Source of the DNA: Podarcis bocagei | Lineage: Eukaryota | Length of the DNA: 64,000 bases | Strand: one strand, 5' to 3' | Assembly (NCBI GenBank): GCA_964188305.1 | Contig: OZ076888.1 | Part shown: piece after piece, positions 54,601 through 64,000 of the stretch | Layout: every line of letters begins with the position of its first letter | Numbering within the stretch: the stretch's first letter is position 1 | Position numbers and translations under genes: made by a program | The notes under the pieces: model-generated | What the model saw: the letters and a program-made list of their open reading frames with translations, nothing else | Told to the model about the DNA's origin: nothing | Database searches by the model: none

Positions 54601-55054
54601 ATGGCTGCCATGCATCCTTTAATCATGAAGTGAATTTCAGTATTTATTAAAATGCTTGCACTGTTCTTTTTTTAGCATTATTTGTCCACATAAAATCAGC
54701 ACATATTCAAACAACTCTGCATTTAAAAAACAATGCAGCAACACTGCAAATGTGATTTATGAGCTATGAAATAAGCTTTCCATTGAAATAATGATGATGA
54801 TGGAATAAAAACCAACAAAGCACCTGTACCAACAGGTACTGTGTCGAACCTGAACTCAAACTTCTGATTTGCATTCTCTTCACTTTCAGCGGATTTATGG
54901 AGGAAAGTTTAAAATGATAAAAGGAAAGGAAAAGGCCAACATATGATGAGCATGTGTCAAAATGTGATATAGAAGTGGTTGTGGCAGAAAAGAGAAATGT
55001 AACCTTCATCTTAGTCACTGAGGTTCAACAAACCCACCTTTTTTAAAAGCTTAT

Positions 55055-55060
55055 TTTATT
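55055..55060 (-). terminator. Candidate polyadenylation signal (AATAAA) for the short LRRTM3 isoform
   Basis: Plus-strand tttatt at 55055-55060, about 15 nt past the stop codon. Further AATAAA candidates at 54643-54648 and around 54390-54413. Confidence 0.35.
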
Positions 55061-55074
55061 TGAATCACAATGGT

Positions 55075-56940
<1,866 letters not shown>

Positions 56941-56944
56941 CCAT
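56941..56944 (-). CDS. LRRTM3: LRRTM3 exon 1 coding part (ATGG)
   Basis: The minus strand reads caaaggATGG|gtaggt. ATGG joined to exon 2 (GT TTC AAT GTA) gives M-G-F-N-V in frame. A 4-nt coding first exon is the known LRRTM gene structure. Confidence 0.93.
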
Positions 56945-57500
56945 CCTTTGTGTTTTCAAAGGTCGTCGTTAGGTCTTTTGCTTTTGCTTAGGGTGCCACA
57001 AGCATGACAGCCCCTGTCAGCTGCTCTGTGGTGAGTCAAGGCTTGCTGACACCCAGGAAGAAAAATTGGACCCCTTGGGAGATGGACCGATTTTGGAACA
57101 TTATTCTTTGCCAGCCATGCAGAACATCCCAAGAATAAATCCCAACACAGCATTTGCAGCAGAATGTCAAGTTCTTCCTAGGTAATAGGATCTTCATGGA
57201 TGGTGCGTTTTTGCATCTTTACATTTAGAAACGAGCTGCTTTAAAATCTCCCCGTGCAAAGCATGATAGATTCCTCCAAGTGATGCTCAGCTGTCTGAAT
57301 TCACCCGTCTGTATTCCATTGGGCAGCAGTTCTCATAGTTAGCACTCCCGATCCAGCTAAGGAAACTGCGTTGGAGCACAGAAGCCAGGATGACCCTGTT
57401 CAATGAACAAGCACTGTTCACTTCTGCGTACTGTCATTCTGAAAGCTCCTCCGACTGTTGCTTTGGTTTCAGTGAATGCAGTCTTATGTAAAGCTGCCCC
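56945..57500 (-). other. LRRTM3: LRRTM3 exon 1 5' UTR (5' end approximate)
   Basis: Repeat-free sequence directly upstream of the ATG; it resembles the mammalian LRRTM3 leader as I recall it (e.g. GATCCTATTACCTAGGAAG, AAGAATAATGTTCCAAAATCGGTCCATCTCCCAAGGGGTCC). The TSS cannot be fixed from sequence. Confidence 0.7.
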
Positions 57501-57700
57501 CAGTGGCGAAGAATATTATGGGCATGTGCAGAAATATCTTCCTCCTCCCTCCCTCCCTCCCCCTTTAAATCTTGCAAATGAGTAAGCCCTGTGCTGGGAA
57601 ATGAGTGATTGTTCTGGGTGACTAAATAGGAGCAGACTGGTCAGCCTCAGTATACACTAGTGAAATAGTTGGAAATTTCCCTGGGCTTTTAGCTTTTCAT
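57500..57700 (-). promoter_or_regulatory. Putative LRRTM3 core promoter
   Basis: Lies just upstream of the leader. Has a polypurine tract GGGGGAGGGAGGGAGGGAGGAGG on the minus strand (57541-57563), TTTAAA at 57564-57569 and an octamer-like TTGCAAAT at 57572-57579. Positional inference only. Confidence 0.45.
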
Positions 57701-58430
57701 TGTCATCTTTCTCTTTTGGGTAATTTAACTAAGCCTTTTAAGCCCAGCATCTGCTGCTGGGACTTCCACCTAACATAAAGCTTGGGTGTAACATTTCTTT
57801 TCATTTAGGCAAGAAAACAGCACACACACAAGCCCATACTCACAGAAACCTGCGTATATACACAGTGGGTGTAATTGAACACCACAGGCATTACATTGTC
57901 ATGTAAAACACACTAATCCTCACTATTACCACTGGTATACAGATGGCAAGTACTATGAGTAATCAGGCAGGAAAACTTAACAGGTCTAATACCAGTGCAG
58001 TTAACTTTTTTGGGTGGGTGTAGGAGGAGGCATGTCTGTATACTGACTGGCATACTACAATGCGTATTCCCTGATCCCCCACATCTATGGAAGGCACATA
58101 ACCCCCATTTGAGACTCTGAGATCTACCTCTGAAACCCCACACTGTCTGAAGATGGCAAGTGGATCCGAGGTATAGTTGGCTTGATGGCAGGGTGACTTA
58201 GATGCATCCCTTTCAGTGGGCACTTTGTGATGCTGCCTTTTAAGGTGGGCTTGATTGTCATGTCAACTTTTTAATGTTGTTTCCAATTAATTTTTCCTTT
58301 TCCATGTTTGTTATGCTTTTAAAAATGTACATTTTTTGTTACGTTGTTGTTTGCTGCCTCTATCATTTTCATGGAAAGGTGGATATAAATTGTTATAAAT
58401 AAATAAGGATAGTTAATAATAATATATATG

Positions 58431-58472
58431 CCCAAGCAATGCACGCATAAATACATGTATATGTGCATACAG
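58431..58472. repeat. Copy 1 of an exact 42-bp dispersed direct repeat
   Basis: CCCAAGCAATGCACGCATAAATACATGTATATGTGCATACAG, identical at 61091-61132. Confidence 0.95.
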
Positions 58473-59272
58473 TAATGCTGTGCACGTTCTTCATAGTCTT
58501 CCCATCTCCCTAGATTTCACCAGCTTAGAAGTAGGAGACACTGAAGTGTGGGTTTGCAAGAGTTGAGATCCTCTTTGAACACCCGGCTCTCTAATTTGGG
58601 TGAGAAAGAGGGGTCCCCCGCAACCCCCAAATGTCTGTCTTGTGTCCATAGATCAAGTGGGACACCTCAGAGGAAATTGCCAACTGTACAGCAAAATGGA
58701 AGCACATTGATTCTATGCAGTTTAAGGCTCCTCTGCATTTGCATCTGTGTTGCCTTCTTTGCTGTTTCCCACATAGGAAACAAGCGAGTTTCCATTCAGT
58801 GCTGCAGCCATCAAGTGATGGACATCCATGTATTGAATGTTCTTACTTGTAGACAGTCAGTGATGTTCTTTATTTGGCAGTCTACCATTTATCTTGATGT
58901 TTCCCACATGGTACAGAGAAGCTAGAGGGGAAAAGGATGGTGACAGATTCTGAATTCAAATTATTTTACCAGTATTGTAATTCCTGTTTCCTGTTTGAGA
59001 AGCCATGCACAGTTTTTCAATTACCCTGTATTCTGCCTTCCTTCCAGGGCCTAACTACACATGACATGAATGGTGTGATTAGCAGTCATGTCAAGGCTTT
59101 TCAAAAATTAAATATCAGGGGTGGGTGGCAGTGTTGTGCTCAGGAACATAGTGTTCAGTAAGGGAAGGCTAGGTCTTCAATGTATTCCGGCTTATTCGGC
59201 ATATTTAAGATACAGCATTTCAACAAGTATATAGGATTTCTATGGAAGGTGAAAATGGAGCTTTGATACCCC

Positions 59273-59278
<6 letters not shown>

Positions 59279-59332
<54 letters not shown>
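59279..59332. repeat. (TC)27 microsatellite
   Basis: Direct reading. Confidence 0.95.
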
Positions 59333-59335
<3 letters not shown>

Positions 59336-59764
59336 ATACAGCACAATGATTGGGTCACTTTGCTCCACAACTTGCTCTTGTTGGTTCAAATCCTTAAGAA
59401 TTTGAAGCTTAAAACATTCATTGAAAGCAAAAGAACCAAAAGCCTTGAAAGCACAGCACTCAAAACAGACTTGACCTGGAAGTCGGCCCAGGCAATTTTG
59501 GTTCGGAAGTTTTGAGTACACATACAAGTACCTTTGCGTACTGCTATTACATAATCCAATTCTCTGTATATAGCCAGCCTTCTGCTCCTTTTTTTGCTGC
59601 CTTCCTCTCTAAATATATGATTAAGAAAAGATTGCACCTTGTCCACAGAAGTGTAAAGGCAGGGACCTTTCAGTTTTGCATATAAAGCTCTCTATAAATT
59701 TCTGCGTGCATTGATGTCGTGGAGCATGCTCTCATAGCACCTGGGGTTGTAGTGGACAGTGTGG

Positions 59765-60380
59765 CTGCACTCAGAATACTGTGTAAAGTTTTGATCACCT
59801 CACCTCAAAGAAGGTGTTGTGTTTTAATGATGTAACCCACCCAGGGTCCTTATGGTGAAGGCCGGATTAACAACAACAACAACAACAGTCTTGTAAAGCT
59901 GGAAAAGATTTGGAAAAGGTCAATGAAAATTATCAAGAGGATGGAGCAACTCCACTATGAGTAAAAGCTACATTTTATTTTTTACTTTAGAGAAAAGCTG
60001 AGTAAGAGAGAACATGATAGAGGTTTATAAAATTATGCAATGAGTGAAGGAAGGATAATATTTTTGCTCCCTCTTTCATCGTACTCATGGACATCCAATA
60101 AACTGAATGCTGGAAGATTTAGTACAGATTAAAAAAAGTTCATTTTCACGTGACACATTGCATTCGCTCCCTGAGGATATAGTGATGACCCCCAACTTGG
60201 ATGACTTTAAATCAGGTTTGTACAAATTCATGAAGAATAAGGCAATCAGTGACTGCTAAACATGTTGGCTATATACTCCCTCCACTTTCGGGGGTAGTAT
60301 GCATTTAAATACAGTTTGCTGGGAATGGCTGGTGGGGAGGGTGCTGTTGTGCACAGGTTGTGTTTGTGATAACTCCACTA
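59765..60380 (+). mobile_element. Old CR1 LINE fragment interrupted by a short (AAC)n-tailed insertion
   Basis: gaatactgtgtaaagttttgatcacctcacctcaaag (EYCVKF*SPHLK), agctggaaaag, gaacatgatagaggtttataaaattatg and a 3' UTR similar to 33858-33920. Confidence 0.75.
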
Positions 60381-61090
60381 TCAGTAATCACTTGTGTTTC
60401 ACAAATTTTGTATTTTGAGGGAAGTCATATTGATTTTAACTGGGACACACACACAAACACACAATATTATCTGCATAACTAGGAAGTCACACAGATAAAC
60501 TGGAAAAGTAGATGTACATATTTTATTATTACAAACTTAGTACAATTTGCACTTCATCTTTGGGTTTTGAGGTGAATGTGAAGTTTTCTTAAGCAGAGCA
60601 TCTGAGGAAGGCTAATGAAATTTTCAGTGGGAATGCCATTTTATGTTGGCTAATCTCTTTCAAGTAGATGATAAACCCCACCAAGTTTTTGTTTTTTTAA
60701 ATTACACCTGTACTAGATTGGCAATTAATTCAGATAAGAAGTTTGGCAAGTGCCTTTCTGCCCTTCCATAGTTCTTTGACCTGGATGGTCCAACATTTTA
60801 TTTCATCTGTCTTTTAACAAGGCCCTCTGATTTCTACATGTTTGTATTTTTGCTTGGGGAATTCTTACCTTGTATTTTCATCCCAACCTTTAGAAATTTG
60901 TTTTCACTGCTATTGCAAGGCAATGTTGTGTTTTTCATACAGTTAAGGGACATCTGAATTCCCAGGTCAAGCCCTGGCTTATGTCACAATTCATGGAGCA
61001 GCTTGTGCTAAGAATTCACATAAGGATTCAGCTCAAGAACCCTTAACAAGAATCTGGGATGTCAGTGACAGAATTCAGAAAGCAAAACCC

Positions 61091-61132
61091 CCCAAGCAAT
61101 GCACGCATAAATACATGTATATGTGCATACAG
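61091..61132. repeat. Copy 2 of the exact 42-bp dispersed direct repeat
   Basis: Identical to 58431-58472. Confidence 0.95.
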
Positions 61133-61291
61133 AATGCTAAACAAATCAACTTCAAGCCCAAGGATTATGAAGGTGGCTTGTTTAAATAACCAGAATTTGT
61201 TTTAAATCACAATCTCTGGTTTGTATGATGTTCACTTGAACCCCTTCCTGTTTGTGCACATACAGCGAAACTGCATTGGTTCCCACTATCA

Positions 61292-61371
61292 GGGCTTATC
61301 CACACTTCCTCTTGTCCCACTGCTCTTTACTGCTTTCTAGGCAAAGGACAAGTGGAAATGTGGATGAACCC
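61292..61371. mobile_element. 80-bp hairpin MITE, PIF/Harbinger-like
   Basis: IR GGGCTTATCCACACTTCCTCTTGTCC / GGACAAGTGGAAATGTGGATGAACCC, flanked by a 3-bp TCA duplication. Confidence 0.68.
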
Positions 61372-62183
61372 TCACACACAGAATTTGAACTTGAAAACAT
61401 CTAGAGGCTTGATTCAAGAAATCAGTACATGATCAAGGCATAATTACAGGGCACATGGCCATGCAAAAGCTAAGCTCTCCCAACACCTCCCAACACCTGG
61501 TGTGTCCCTCCTGCTCTTCTTTTTTACAGCAGGTGAAGGCTGTCACTCACGTGAATCACACCCACATTATATAAACAAACGTCTGCCTGTAAGTGCTCTG
61601 CCAGAATGGCTCGGTCTGTGTGTGCTGGCACATTTGACACCATGTCTTTGGAAATAGAAACTTGTCTAGCTCCTCTGTTCCAATCTTGGTCTCGGGCTCA
61701 GCCAGCCCTTCTGATTGATCAGCTCCTTGGCAGGGTCTATGCTGGCTTCAGCTCTTCCTCTGCCTTGGGAGTATTTGCCAGGGGTGGCAGCAATGACTTC
61801 TCAGGGCTGTGAAGATTTGGGTCTGGGCTTGAGTAACTCCATGAAAGACACTTTGCCATTCTAGGCAGCTAGCAAACACTATGTGTGTGTTTGAAGAGCA
61901 CGCGTGTGAGGTTGAGCAATCAAAAGATACCAAATTTAGTACAAACGTTTCTTGTCTTGTTTAGCATATTTAGAATTTTCCATTAGCTGCTGCTAAGAAA
62001 AGCCTGTTATTTTAATCTGTAAGCTGATGGAAGGGTTCTGCATCAAAAATGTGTACGATCAGCATTTCATGCTGTGGTTAATGGAAAAAACATGGAACTG
62101 ATCATGGGAACCATTGATACTTTTTAGGAATGTGTACATAAGAGATAGCTTTGAATGCAGTATTTTAAAGCTATTGCTTTTTA

Positions 62184-62229
<46 letters not shown>
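62184..62229. repeat. (AAT)15 microsatellite
   Basis: Direct reading. Confidence 0.95.
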
Positions 62230-62230
<1 letters not shown>

Positions 62231-64000
62231 AGTACAGACGTTTAAATGTTGTTCTGCCATGGTCTCTGGTAAAACCAGCATCAGATTTTCATGTTGCTTG
62301 TAACACAGACCTGTTAAAGCTAAAATGCACCCCCAGAAGTATGACTGGCATGATTGCAATTAGATGTGTATGCATTTGGTTGCAATTGTCACAAATACCT
62401 ATTGGCTGCAGCCCATACATAACAAGTGACACCTCTACCTTAATGGATTTACTTTGGGTATGATTAACATTGGATACAAAATGTTTATATTTTTGTTTTC
62501 ATTTGTTGTGTCATGGGGAACTTAAACCGGGTGGTATAACAGCTTATCCCAGAGGTATATTGTTGGACTACAACCCGCACACATGCTCACAAATGCACAC
62601 ACATGCACTTACACAGACACACGTCCAGATGTAAAATCACTTATAATTTTGTTTTTTTGCATGGTATCAGGGATTCAGAAATGTTTTGGTGCTTAAGATA
62701 AAGGGCCATTCCACATGTTATGGATTTTGTACACACGGATATTAGTTCTGTGTAAGAAATGATTCAAATGATATGAATTCCACAACCATTTCACAATGAA
62801 ACATCAACCAGCTTTTGTTTCAAGAGACAGAAATCCCATTCTTTGATTTTTCTTCTACCATATTGGTGATTAACATTAAAATACTCTGCATGTCAGCTTG
62901 GAAGTACCGGTAAGTCTCACAGTGTTAAATTGGGCTTACTCCCAAGTAAGTGTGTAAATAGGATTTTAGTGTAAATTATCCGGTATATCAGTACAACTGA
63001 TTTTGTATTTCAAAATAGCTATGTTTGGTTTTCCCTGTCATAGAGCATGTATACATCTTTTTGCTGATTTCTACAATGTGTAGTCCAGTAAATAAAAATT
63101 CTGAAACAGCATTCAATAAAATACTTACAAGATCTGAGACAAAATTAGAAGGCTATAACACTTTTCACGTACTCCTCCAGACTGCAATAAGTAGCTGTCT
63201 GCCCAACTGTGAGATGTGTTAAATTGTAGACTCCCTCCTGCACAGAATCTTATCTGACCTTTCTCAGTGACAGTGCTCAGGAGATCTTATCCACCACTTC
63301 TCAACTGCATGTCTAGCATTGTGGAGTGTCGCAACACAGATGGGGATGTTGAAGAAAATCAAACTTAAGTGATGTTCTCTCCAAACTCACCTATTGATGT
63401 TGGGCAAAACTGGGAATAGAAAACACATTTTTAGAGTTCCATGCACTAAGTAAAGGTGCTTCCCATGAGAAGACTGGCATTCCTGTTCTCTGCATTTTTG
63501 TTCCTGTATGGCAAATTTACAGTTTCAGTTTCATGATTTTTATTTCCTGTGGCAGAACATTCATCATGTTAAAAAATAAAGCAGAACTAAAATTTTAAAA
63601 GATGCTTACTTTTGTAGCTCAATCAATCATATATGCAAATGTCTAAGAAGTATTAGATCTCTTTGTGGTTTAGCCCAAAATTGGTAGCAGACTGTTGGAA
63701 GCTATGTCTGTTAATTCCCTAGAGGTACCGTAAGGTTAGGGATTTAAAAAATTCATCTATTATCATCACTGCCTATTTCCCCCCTATGAAAGCATCCTCA
63801 GTCTGATAGCTGCATTATTTACAGAGTTCAGAAGAATGATTCATTAGACAGTTATTCATATTTAAATTGATTACTCTTTCTTGATCTAGGTATTGGTTTT
63901 TCTTTTGCAATGAAGTAGAAAATTTCAAGAGAAAGGACACATCTACTAACTCTGATTTTCTTCAGCTGAATTTGATATAGTACATTTACAGCCGATGGGA

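Noticed and set aside
1-55000. LRRTM3 exon 3 (IPLSMNVSTFLAYDQP...)
   Set aside because: Searched the ORF track and by eye for the reverse-complement start of the exon without a match; probably beyond the window start. TBLASTN would settle it.

Overview
Vertebrate genomic DNA from a squamate reptile, probably a lacertid lizard, judged from its Sauria (POM-type) SINE, Squam3-like SINEs and CR1/L2/MITE families. The only well-supported protein-coding gene is LRRTM3 on the minus strand. Exon 1 supplies a long uAUG-rich leader and just 'ATGG' (56941-56944), followed by a 328-nt intron 1. The large exon 2 (56612-55075) either ends in ...RECEV* (513-aa short isoform) or splices out at GAG|GTATGA towards a distal exon 3, which I could not find in this window. 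Positions 1-55 kb are therefore probably LRRTM3 intron 2. By known vertebrate synteny the whole window should also lie in a large intron of CTNNA3 on the plus strand, but I recognised no CTNNA3 exon. The rest is AT-rich intronic DNA with many TA-TSD Tc1/mariner/pogo-type MITEs, 8-bp-TSD hAT MITEs, SINEs, CR1/L2/L1/RTE-X fragments, a deleted solo LTR, microsatellites and a 155-N assembly gap. Almost all other ORF-track entries are noise. I see no convincing new biological system. The best leads are a MITE family carrying a compact cassette of promoter motifs, an exact 42-bp dispersed duplication upstream of LRRTM3, an 80-bp pre-miRNA-like MITE hairpin, a candidate plus-strand exon near the LRRTM3 promoter, and the uORF and composite-exon control of LRRTM3. 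Repeat family names come from recalled consensus features, not from database searches.
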